From the IMG/VR virus record IMGVR_UViG_3300042516_003452, positions 1 through 64,000 of that record: 64,000 nt of DNA. One strand, written 5' to 3'. The position numbers and the translations under genes were made by a program. The notes under the pieces were generated by a model. That model was given only the letters and a program-made list of their open reading frames with translations. It had not been told where the DNA came from and did not search any database. Shown in pieces: positions 56,554 to 64,000 of this stretch. This DNA comes from a virus. Numbering within the stretch: the stretch's first letter is position 1; each line of letters opens with the position of its first letter.

Positions 56554-56745
56554 ATGGTTGTTCAAGCAATCATTTGGAGTGTAGTCATCACAGGATTCAG
56601 CCTCCTACTCGTTGGCATGATCTTTGGTGAGCCAGAAACAACCGAGGATAAATTCAAAGTTGTTGACAACTACAAAGATTGCCAAGTCATCCAGTACAGT
56701 CCAAGCAACGCTGCTCGCTACCAGTACTTTCTTCACTGTCCATGA
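56554..56745 (+). CDS. Small membrane protein
   Basis: TM plus FKVVDNYKDC..YFLHCP. Confidence 0.55.
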   Translation: MVVQAIIWSVVITGFSLLLVGMIFGEPETTEDKFKVVDNYKDCQVIQYSPSNAARYQYFLHCP

Positions 56746-57380
56746 ACGTTGAACTTACCTGGGTAACACCCAACGCAGAAGAACTCATTGTCAAGATGGC
56801 ACGGGTATCTGCACCCAAGAATCAAGACAACATGGACACTGCTCCACGGTTGTTGCGGTATCTGATCAAACACAAGCACTGGTCGCCATTTGAAATGGCA
56901 AACATGTGCGTAGAAATTGAGACGACGCGTGCAATCTCACCACAGATTCTTCGTCACAGATCATTCTCATTTCAGGAATTTAGTCAGCGTTATGCAGACA
57001 CCAGTGAGCTTGGCTCAGCTGTTATTCCTCATCTGCGTCGTCAAGATCACAGGAATCGTCAGAACAGTATCGATGATCTGTCTGCTGATGCAATCAGTGG
57101 TTATTACCGCCGCATTAGCAAGTTGTATGAAGACGCTGAACATCTCTACCGCGAGATGGTTAGCAGCGGCATTGCAAAGGAATGTGCAAGGTCCGTCTTG
57201 CCACTTTCGACACAGACTCGTCTTTTCATGAACGGTACACTGCGTTCATGGATCCACTACCTCCAGCTTCGTTGTGACCCAGGAACCCAGCTCGAACACA
57301 GGCAAATCGCAGAAGCAGTCAAAGGAATCTTCTGCAAAGAATTCCCCATCATTGGAGAAGCAGCCTTTGCAGAAGACTGA
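56742..57380 (+). CDS. thyX: Flavin-dependent thymidylate synthase
   Basis: HWSPFE, QILRHRSFSFQEFSQRY, AKECARSVLP, TQLEH. Confidence 0.95.
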   Translation: MNVELTWVTPNAEELIVKMARVSAPKNQDNMDTAPRLLRYLIKHKHWSPFEMANMCVEIETTRAISPQILRHRSFSFQEFSQRYADTSELGSAVIPHLRRQDHRNRQNSIDDLSADAISGYYRRISKLYEDAEHLYREMVSSGIAKECARSVLPLSTQTRLFMNGTLRSWIHYLQLRCDPGTQLEHRQIAEAVKGIFCKEFPIIGEAAFAED

Positions 57381-57399
57381 TGAACTCAAGCAGTGGCGA

Positions 57400-57516
57400 T
57401 CAGAAGGTCGCGGCGCTTTGTTTTTTTAATTCCATCACGGCATGCTTGGACTCCACATCCTTGCGTGCCAGCTTCTTCCGTTTGTCCACCAAGTAAACGA
57501 TCAATGCTTTGTTCAT
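57400..57516 (-). CDS. Small basic protein (38 aa)
   Basis: MNKALIVYLVDKRKKLARK..., ATGA-coupled to the DUF4278-like gene. Confidence 0.5.
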   Translation of the reverse strand: MNKALIVYLVDKRKKLARKDVESKHAVMELKKQSAATF

Positions 57517-57665
57517 TTGATTTGACCTCCAGTGACAAAGGGAAAGTAGCAAACGTTACGGTAGGTCAGGCAGAGCCAGGGACGGTGGGCTAAGTTCCAC
57601 CAAGCTCTGTCTGCCTTGGCCTGATCCTCTTGGTTGTATTTGCAACCACGATACGTTAACGTCAT
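57513..57665 (-). CDS. DUF4278-like protein (50 aa)
   Basis: MTLTYRGCKY...LTYRNVCY tandem motif. Confidence 0.7.
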   Translation of the reverse strand: MTLTYRGCKYNQEDQAKADRAWWNLAHRPWLCLTYRNVCYFPFVTGGQIK

Positions 57666-57672
57666 GGTTTTA

Positions 57673-57686
57673 GTATCTATTGATAC
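57673..57686. promoter_or_regulatory. NtcA-box-like site GTA-N8-TAC
   Basis: GTATCTATTGATAC between a minus-strand TATAGT (57691-57696) and the DUF4278-like ATG. Confidence 0.55.
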
Positions 57687-57748
57687 GGAAACTATATGAC
57701 GATTGATGTATATGATGTCGTTCACCAGGTAACACAACTCAAGATTCA

Positions 57749-58045
57749 ATGAAAGGTTTTGGTTCAACTCAACAACCAACGAAGTCAGCAGCGTATTGGA
57801 TCGCTGCCTATGCCAAAGACAATGAAGATGAACCACTTGGTGTGTTCAAAAAAGTTCTGGCCTACAAACCAGGTCAGGACAAAGAACTCTTGATGATTCG
57901 TTACTGCAATTCAGTCATGAAGATCAACCGAAACATATGGGAGATGCTGGTCCACCAAGGACCAACTGAAATCCCAGACTCTGGTGACCAAATTGTTTTA
58001 CGATTATCCAGGGAAAAGTTTAAGGGCTCTGCTCAAGTAAACTGA
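57749..58045 (+). CDS. Hypothetical protein
   Basis: MKGFG start. Confidence 0.6.
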   Translation: MKGFGSTQQPTKSAAYWIAAYAKDNEDEPLGVFKKVLAYKPGQDKELLMIRYCNSVMKINRNIWEMLVHQGPTEIPDSGDQIVLRLSREKFKGSAQVN

Positions 58046-58068
58046 CTAACCATTACCACTAATCACCC

Positions 58069-58251
58069 ATGAACGCTGAAAACAAACGATTGATCAAACA
58101 GTTTGTACTGGATCGCCTGTGGAGCGACACAGATCAGCTTCGTCTTGATCTCGACGTTTATTCAATTACTCGCAGTATTGATCCGCTGGAAGCAATGGAG
58201 GAATACGAGTACCAAGTTGAGCGAATCCAAAAGATGCTTGCCTGCTACTGA
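58069..58251 (+). CDS. Hypothetical protein
   Basis: 60-aa ORF. Confidence 0.5.
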   Translation: MNAENKRLIKQFVLDRLWSDTDQLRLDLDVYSITRSIDPLEAMEEYEYQVERIQKMLACY

Positions 58252-58272
58252 AAAGCCGCTCCCCAATCACCC

Positions 58273-58632
58273 ATGACACAACAACATCTCATCGCCCCAC
58301 CGCCTGAGCTGGTGCAGCAGTGGCGAGAAGCGCCCGAGTTCTCTGCATTGTCTCCGTGTGTGATGGTCACTTGCACCACTACCAAGCTGCAAGACATCGC
58401 TACTCAAGCTGCCCAATGGGGCGCAGACCAGGAGCTGGAGGCGTGCTGTGCGCTGATGGACGACTGGGGTCTTGATGGCGAAGACCTTATGCAGTGCCGC
58501 CGCCCCAAGCCGCCGAGCTTGAAGGAGCAGGCGCTGGATGATCTGCACATTGCTTTTGACAGGGGCTGTCTCAGCGAAGGACAGGCCGACACTATCCGCC
58601 GCGCCCTTGAACAACTCGCCGACAACGAGTAG
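58273..58632 (+). CDS. Cyanophage accessory protein (higher GC)
   Basis: PPPELVQQW...GADQELEACC...RRPKPPSLKEQAL. Confidence 0.65.
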   Translation: MTQQHLIAPPPELVQQWREAPEFSALSPCVMVTCTTTKLQDIATQAAQWGADQELEACCALMDDWGLDGEDLMQCRRPKPPSLKEQALDDLHIAFDRGCLSEGQADTIRRALEQLADNE

Positions 58633-58664
58633 TCACCTTCACTAACATTCCCGATCAGGAAGAT

Positions 58665-58690
58665 GGACCTAAGTAAGTCCTTAAACTGCT
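58665..58690 (+). ncRNA. H-type pseudoknot leader motif (family A), copy 3
   Basis: GGAC-CUA-AGUA-A-GUCC-UUAAAC-UGCU. Confidence 0.65.
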
Positions 58691-58725
58691 GATTAGTTTT
58701 TCTTATCATTCAATTCAACTCAACC

Positions 58726-59496
58726 ATGAAACTTCTCAAGTTTTCCAAGGGCAACGGCAAGCTCAGCAACCGCCTGATCTTTAGCCTGCCTGCTGGCTAC
58801 TCATGCCCACACGCTGGTGTGTGCAAGACCTTTGCTGATCGCACTACTGGTGCCATCACTGACCTGCCTCAGTACACAGGTGTGACAGCTGAACGGGACT
58901 TCCGTTGCTTTGCTGCCATGGCAGAGGTACGGCCTAACGTGCGGGAAGCGCGTTGGCACAACTGGGATCTGCTGCGTGAAACCATTCACATGAATGGGAA
59001 TCAAGCCATGTTGATTCGTGACTTGATCGACCTGTCTCTCCTGATGCATCCGCCCAAGAAGCTGGTTCGCATCCATGAGTCTGGTGACTTCTGGACTGAG
59101 AACTATATGAAGGCTTGGATGATGGTTGCCCAGGGTAGGCCCGAACAAAAGTTCTATGCCTACACCAAGTCCCTTGGTATGTGGTACAATCTGCGTGACA
59201 TGATTCCACCCAACTTCTATCTCACTGCATCGCACGGTGGTACGCTCGACTACCTAATGGAAAAGTATCCCGAAGTATTCACCAGGGTTGCTCACGTTGT
59301 ATACACAGAAGAACAAGCCGCAGAGCTTGGTCTTGAGATTGACCATGACGACAGCCATTGTCTTGGTGACAAACCATTCGCACTACTGGTCCATGGTTCC
59401 CAGCGGGCTGGTAGTGAGGCAAGTCAAGCCATCTCTCAACGTAAGAAAGAAGGTGGATTTGTGGGATACGGCAAATCAAATCAGAAGACAAGCTGA
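58726..59496 (+). CDS. Gene-88 (gp88)-like protein
   Basis: FSLPAGYSCP.A..C, CFA, VRIHESGDF, FYAYTKS. Confidence 0.75.
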   Translation: MKLLKFSKGNGKLSNRLIFSLPAGYSCPHAGVCKTFADRTTGAITDLPQYTGVTAERDFRCFAAMAEVRPNVREARWHNWDLLRETIHMNGNQAMLIRDLIDLSLLMHPPKKLVRIHESGDFWTENYMKAWMMVAQGRPEQKFYAYTKSLGMWYNLRDMIPPNFYLTASHGGTLDYLMEKYPEVFTRVAHVVYTEEQAAELGLEIDHDDSHCLGDKPFALLVHGSQRAGSEASQAISQRKKEGGFVGYGKSNQKTS

Positions 59497-59552
59497 AGAC
59501 ACTTGCGTTATTTGAAAGATCGGATAACATCTGTCCGGTCTTTCAATTATTC

Positions 59553-59786
59553 ATGTCGTACGTCATTGCCACTTGGAAGGAGGGTAAGGCATTTGCCATT
59601 ACTGCCTGCTCTTCTTCCAATCAATTCCAATTAATTCCATTAGATTCAGAAGTAGCTCTGAACAAGATTTTCTCCCATCCTTACCGGGCTGGTGCTCAGT
59701 CGATCTTGGCGTGGATTAACAACAATGACAGCAAACTTGCCGGTGCACAGCTCTCAATTCAAGATGAAGCCAGATTCCGTAAATGA
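59553..59786 (+). CDS. Hypothetical protein
   Basis: 77-aa ORF before polymerase. Confidence 0.5.
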   Translation: MSYVIATWKEGKAFAITACSSSNQFQLIPLDSEVALNKIFSHPYRAGAQSILAWINNNDSKLAGAQLSIQDEARFRK

Positions 59787-61584
59787 ATCCTGGTTGATCT
59801 TTGACATTGAAACCAATGGCTTGTACGACCAGGCAACGGAAGTCTTTTGCATTGTTATTTATGACATCAACAAACAACAGACTTTTAGTTATGGGCCTGA
59901 TCGCACTGCTGATGCTCTTGCTCATTTGGCAACCGCTGATGTACTCATTGGTCACAATGTGATTTTTTATGACGTTCCTGTTCTGCAAAAGCTGCATTCA
60001 TTTGTCAGCAAAGCACGCATCATTGACACGCTCATTTGCACCAGATTGATCTGGCCCAAAGAAATCCTGGAGGATCTTGACAATGAACAATATCCGCAGG
60101 TTCCCAAGGCGAACCGTGGATCCGCATCACTTAAGGCCTGGGGATGGCGCCTGGCCAATCACAAGATCACGTTCAAAGACTTCTCCGAATTTTCTCAGGA
60201 GATGTTGGACTACTGTGTCCAGGACGTTATGGTCACCCGTAGCCTTTGGCAATTCATCGTCAAACAAAACTATCCAGAGTCATCGCTCCGGCTTGAGCAC
60301 GACTTTGCTCTTGCCATTAACAAACAAATTAGAGCAGGTTTTCCTTTTGATGTTGATGCATGCCTTGATCTCGTGGATGGTCTTAGAGCAAAACAGAAAG
60401 AACTGGAATCTCATCTGAAGGAACTCTTTCCGCCCATTAAGCACGAAGAGATCTTTGTGCCCAAGGTCAACAACACCAAACGTGGTTATGTCAAAGGACA
60501 ACCTTTCACCAAAGTCCGCTACGAAGAGTTCAATCCAGGATCTCGTGATCAGATTGTTAATCGACTCGGCGCTAAGTACGGATGGAAACCACAGAGCTTT
60601 ACTGAAAAAGGAAATCCAATTGTTAATGATGAAGTACTAGAGCAGCTTCCGTATCCTGAAGCACAACCACTGGCTGAGTACATGCTTATAAAGAAGAGGC
60701 TCGGTCAAATCGCTGATGGAAACAATGCTTGGCTCAAGCTTGTCAACAACGATGATCTCTGTATACACGGCGATCTGGTTACTAACGGCTGCATTACTGG
60801 GCGCTGTTCACACCGTTATCCAAACATGGGTCAGGTCCCGGCAGCTTACTCACCGTATGGAAAAGAATGCCGAACTTTGTTCCATGCTCCTTACGGGTGG
60901 GACCTTGTTGGTGTTGACGCTAAAGCACTTGAACTTCGTTGCCTCGCTGGATACCTTGCCGTCTGGGATGGAGGTGAGTACGCCACTCTGGTGACAGACG
61001 AATCGATTGACATTCACACCTACAACCAACAGCAGTTTGGTGTGGAGACCAGGGACATCAGCAAACGTTTGCTGTATGGAATGCTCTATGGATGTGGTGC
61101 GGTGAAGGCTGGCACTATCATTGATCCGAATGAAAAAGATCCAGAAGTTCTGCGTCAACTAGGAAGATCTGCAATTAATTCATTCATGACAGGTGTACCA
61201 GCGCTCAAGAAATTGAAGCAACAACTAGAATACACTGTGCAAGAACGTGGATTCCTGCGTGGATTGGATAAGCGTGCACTCTTCTGCCGCTCTGAATTCA
61301 AAGCATTGAATGTATTACTCCAGGCAGCTGGTGCTCTCATCATGAAGCAGGTGGTCATCAACCTGCATAACAACCTGGAAGGACTGGGACTTGTACATGG
61401 CAAGGACTGGATCCAACACGCCATGGTTCACGATGAAGTACAGCTGTCTTGTCCCAAGGATCTGACTGCAACAATCCAAGAACAAGCTTTGCTTGCATTC
61501 CCGCAAGCCCAAGACTTCTTTGGATTCCGCTGTAAGATTGAAGGCGACTCACGCGTCGGCTCGAACTGGGCACAGACACACTGA
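59764..61584 (+). CDS. polA: T7-like family A DNA polymerase with 3'-5' exonuclease
   Basis: FDIETNGL, GHN..YD, YCVQDV; DAKALELR, RDISKRLLYGMLYG, VHDEVQ. Confidence 0.95.
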   Translation: MKPDSVNESWLIFDIETNGLYDQATEVFCIVIYDINKQQTFSYGPDRTADALAHLATADVLIGHNVIFYDVPVLQKLHSFVSKARIIDTLICTRLIWPKEILEDLDNEQYPQVPKANRGSASLKAWGWRLANHKITFKDFSEFSQEMLDYCVQDVMVTRSLWQFIVKQNYPESSLRLEHDFALAINKQIRAGFPFDVDACLDLVDGLRAKQKELESHLKELFPPIKHEEIFVPKVNNTKRGYVKGQPFTKVRYEEFNPGSRDQIVNRLGAKYGWKPQSFTEKGNPIVNDEVLEQLPYPEAQPLAEYMLIKKRLGQIADGNNAWLKLVNNDDLCIHGDLVTNGCITGRCSHRYPNMGQVPAAYSPYGKECRTLFHAPYGWDLVGVDAKALELRCLAGYLAVWDGGEYATLVTDESIDIHTYNQQQFGVETRDISKRLLYGMLYGCGAVKAGTIIDPNEKDPEVLRQLGRSAINSFMTGVPALKKLKQQLEYTVQERGFLRGLDKRALFCRSEFKALNVLLQAAGALIMKQVVINLHNNLEGLGLVHGKDWIQHAMVHDEVQLSCPKDLTATIQEQALLAFPQAQDFFGFRCKIEGDSRVGSNWAQTH

Positions 61585-61587
61585 ACC

Positions 61588-61764
61588 ATGAGCAACAAAA
61601 CTACTGTTGAACTTACAGGAAAAGCAATTGGCTCTTTGCTTGCTTTTGTTTTGTTTTCTGTGTTGATTAAGTACGCTTTTGATTTTACCTGGTTTCAAGG
61701 ATGTGTCCTTGGATATTTGTTTTGGTTAATCCGAGAAGGTATCCAAACCATTAAGAGTAATTAG
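61588..61764 (+). CDS. Small two-TM protein (58 aa)
   Basis: Manual translation, hydrophobic, T-rich. Confidence 0.5.
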   Translation: MSNKTTVELTGKAIGSLLAFVLFSVLIKYAFDFTWFQGCVLGYLFWLIREGIQTIKSN

Positions 61765-61769
61765 TAATT

Positions 61770-61797
61770 CGTCCTCAGGTATGACGTTAAACTGCCT
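61770..61797 (+). ncRNA. H-type pseudoknot leader motif (family A), copy 4
   Basis: CGUC-CUC-AGGUA-U-GACG-UUAAAC-UGCCU. Confidence 0.75.
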
Positions 61798-61818
61798 TAA
61801 CACCAACTTCTCAAAACA

Positions 61819-62649
61819 ATGAACATTGCTGATGTCTGCGCTGTCCTCATGGAACAACCCCGTGAGGTATTCACCAGTGCGACTGCATCCAACCTGCGTG
61901 CAGTAGTTAATCTACCTCCGGTTGGTTCCAACAAAGCTCCAACTCCAGTCGAACTCAATGTCTACGGAAAAGCCTGCGATCGGTTCCGTCACAACAAAGC
62001 AAACGACCGTCTACTTATTTACGGCTCCAAGCTACGTTTCGACGTTAACACCCGAGCGTATTCGTTACATGGAGGAGTTGTCCACCAGATCACGGATGAG
62101 TTTCCAATCCTCAATCGCGTCATCCTCTCGGGACGTTGCGTGAAAGATCTGGATCTCAGTGATCCTCGTGTGTTTAAAACAACGCCTGATGGCTTGATGA
62201 TTTGTAACCAGAGCCTTTCTGTTTACATGGGTAAGAATCAGGCTGATCTGTTTAACTTCTATGCCATCAATACGGCTAACGATAAGTTAAACAACGCAGA
62301 GATCATTGCTAACTTCACCCGTAAAGGTGTGGGCATTACAGTGTCTGGTCGTCTGGTCACCGATGCCTGGACCGATAAGCAAAGCAATGAACGCAAGATC
62401 AACACCAAGATCCAGGTGAATCAAATCACCTTGGCTCCCAAAGCTGATGCCACCAAGAACACTGAGTCTCAGACAAAACCTGTGCAAACCAACACACCGG
62501 TTGCACCAAGCTCAAGTGACGCTAGCCTATGGGGCGCAGCTAACGCACCACAACCTACTGATCCCTGGACCCACGCCTCTGGCGGTGGTCTGCCTGACCT
62601 CCCTGGTCAATACTCCAACTCACCTTCATTCGACGAAGTTCCTTTCTAA
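61819..62649 (+). CDS. ssb: Single-stranded DNA-binding protein with apparent tandem OB folds
   Basis: NRVILSGR, RKGVGITVSGRL....W.DK, C-terminal DEVPF. Confidence 0.8.
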   Translation: MNIADVCAVLMEQPREVFTSATASNLRAVVNLPPVGSNKAPTPVELNVYGKACDRFRHNKANDRLLIYGSKLRFDVNTRAYSLHGGVVHQITDEFPILNRVILSGRCVKDLDLSDPRVFKTTPDGLMICNQSLSVYMGKNQADLFNFYAINTANDKLNNAEIIANFTRKGVGITVSGRLVTDAWTDKQSNERKINTKIQVNQITLAPKADATKNTESQTKPVQTNTPVAPSSSDASLWGAANAPQPTDPWTHASGGGLPDLPGQYSNSPSFDEVPF

Positions 62650-62879
62650 TGACACTCCCAAGAGTCAACAACTACACGCTCTTGCAAGAGAGCGATAACT
62701 CCAGTTGCATCTACAAGTTCCAGGGTGATTACTTTCCTGATGTACTTGTTCACATGGTGGACTTTCTAAAGGGAGTTGGTTTCCTTGAAGAGACAATCCA
62801 TCGTGGAATGTACGATGCTGCTGAGGAGTACTTCAAGTACCAGCAAAGCATCTGCTCTGAGTCAAGTCCATTTGACTAA
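62649..62879 (+). CDS. Hypothetical protein
   Basis: DFLKGVGF motif; coupled to ssb stop. Confidence 0.55.
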   Translation: MTLPRVNNYTLLQESDNSSCIYKFQGDYFPDVLVHMVDFLKGVGFLEETIHRGMYDAAEEYFKYQQSICSESSPFD

Positions 62880-62884
62880 GAACA

Positions 62885-62912
62885 CGTCCTGGGTATGACG
62901 TTAAACTGCCTA
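62885..62912 (+). ncRNA. H-type pseudoknot leader motif (family A), copy 5
   Basis: CGUC-C-UGGGUA-U-GACG-UUAAAC-UGCCUA. Confidence 0.75.
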
Positions 62913-62933
62913 ACTCCAAACCCTGAACTAACT

Positions 62934-63950
62934 ATGACCGCATCCATGACTACTAAGAAAACGTCTGCACTTGCCACTCGTGGACTGGAATCTTTCAAGA
63001 TGTTCCAGTCCAAAGAATTTGTATCTGGTTACCAGAACCTTGTTACAATTCAACCCCTGAACAAATCAAAAGTTCGTGGTTGGTTTGTCCGTAAGTCCGA
63101 CCTGGATACTTGCGGATGGAATGCTACTGAAGATGACTTTGATTCCAGTTCTGTTATTTGGAACTACAAGCAGACCTTTGGTATGGCGCCCAATACCTCC
63201 ATTGAGGAGGGCCTCAACTTTGTTGCGCCTCGCATGCAGATCTTGTTGCGTTCTCCCCTGATGGTTGAAGAAACCACAGGGATGCGTCAAACGATTGGCA
63301 CCTTTGAGCATCCAGAGGTGAAGGAAATGTTTGAGAACGACAAGCTGGCTGCTGATCTTGCCAATAGTAAAGGTGAGATGTACAAGCGTAAGTACAGCGT
63401 GCGTACCAAGTATCTGGTGTATGTGCTGACCAAGGACAACAAGCGTGCTCATAAGATCCCCATGGTCCTGACCTTGAAGGGATTGAATGGCACTGATGTG
63501 TCCGAGAAGGTCAAGCTGTATGAAAAGGAAATGTCCAAGTGCCTGAGCAAAGCACTGGACTCTGAGGTGCCCCTGGCATTCAACGAAAAGTTCTATGCCA
63601 CAACGGTGTTTATCCCCATGCTTGCCAACGAGATGCGTGGTGCCAACAACGTTGAGATTTGCGCCATCGAATCCTTCGAGATTCCTGACTACAGCTCCCA
63701 AGATGAAGCGATTAGCTCACTGAATCGCCTCAGCATTCCCGATGAAGATCGTGAATCAACCTGGAAGTTCCAGGAAATGTTTGGTGATTACATCAACCAA
63801 CACGCTCGTCAGGATGCAGAACGCCTTGGTGGTGCCTATGGAATCAAGCAAGGTGTTGAAATCCTTCCCGTGTCCCGTACTACGGATGCAGTTGAAGTAA
63901 AAGCTTTACCTGCTCGTGACCCGATGACTGGTGAGGATGAGTCACTCTGA
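62934..63950 (+). CDS. Replication-region protein (DUF5895-like, possibly an ssDNA-annealing or binding protein)
   Basis: KYLVYVLTKDNK..HKIP..LTLKG; context. Confidence 0.5.
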   Translation: MTASMTTKKTSALATRGLESFKMFQSKEFVSGYQNLVTIQPLNKSKVRGWFVRKSDLDTCGWNATEDDFDSSSVIWNYKQTFGMAPNTSIEEGLNFVAPRMQILLRSPLMVEETTGMRQTIGTFEHPEVKEMFENDKLAADLANSKGEMYKRKYSVRTKYLVYVLTKDNKRAHKIPMVLTLKGLNGTDVSEKVKLYEKEMSKCLSKALDSEVPLAFNEKFYATTVFIPMLANEMRGANNVEICAIESFEIPDYSSQDEAISSLNRLSIPDEDRESTWKFQEMFGDYINQHARQDAERLGGAYGIKQGVEILPVSRTTDAVEVKALPARDPMTGEDESL

Positions 63951-64000
63951 TTGACCAATGATCGGGGGGTTATCCAAGCCGCCTTCAACTGAAACATTGT

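Noticed and set aside
57666-57748. Glutamine riboswitch upstream of the DUF4278-like gene
   Set aside because: CGTTCA and ACGGAA fragments are on the wrong strand and in the wrong order, and the leader is too short.
58673-58680. GTAAGTCC as a sixth family B copy
   Set aside because: No GGCA or closing stem upstream; it is part of pseudoknot copy 3.
47100-62912. Dispersed repeats as a CRISPR array
   Set aside because: Irregular kb-scale spacing with genes between them, covarying rather than identical repeats, and no cas genes.

Overview
Most of a compact lytic-type cyanophage genome, probably infecting freshwater picocyanobacteria. The host inference rests on NblA-, CP12- and DUF4278-like genes, an NtcA box and tRNA-Leu(UAA). 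Left end (+): primase/helicase C-terminus, speD, a glycosyltransferase and an origin-like non-coding stretch. 5-46 kb, mostly minus strand: endolysin, tail fibres, major capsid, scaffold, portal, terminase and internal virion proteins, plus an island with dcd, a degenerate Dam-like protein, NblA and a degenerate integrase. A strand switch at about 46.2-46.7 kb may mark the genome end or packaging site. It is followed by a + strand early/replication region with many small genes, a PcfJ-domain protein, tRNA-Leu, thyX, gp88, a T7-like DNA polymerase A and SSB. The most striking unannotated signal is a set of repeated, covarying structured-RNA elements in SD-poor gene leaders: five H-type pseudoknots at near-fixed spacing from start codons, five UAAGU-bulge hairpins (one abutting the tRNA), two T-loop tRNA-like three-way junctions and two CUCAACA hairpins. 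Together they suggest an RNA-level expression or processing system. All calls are from manual motif reading; no searches were run.
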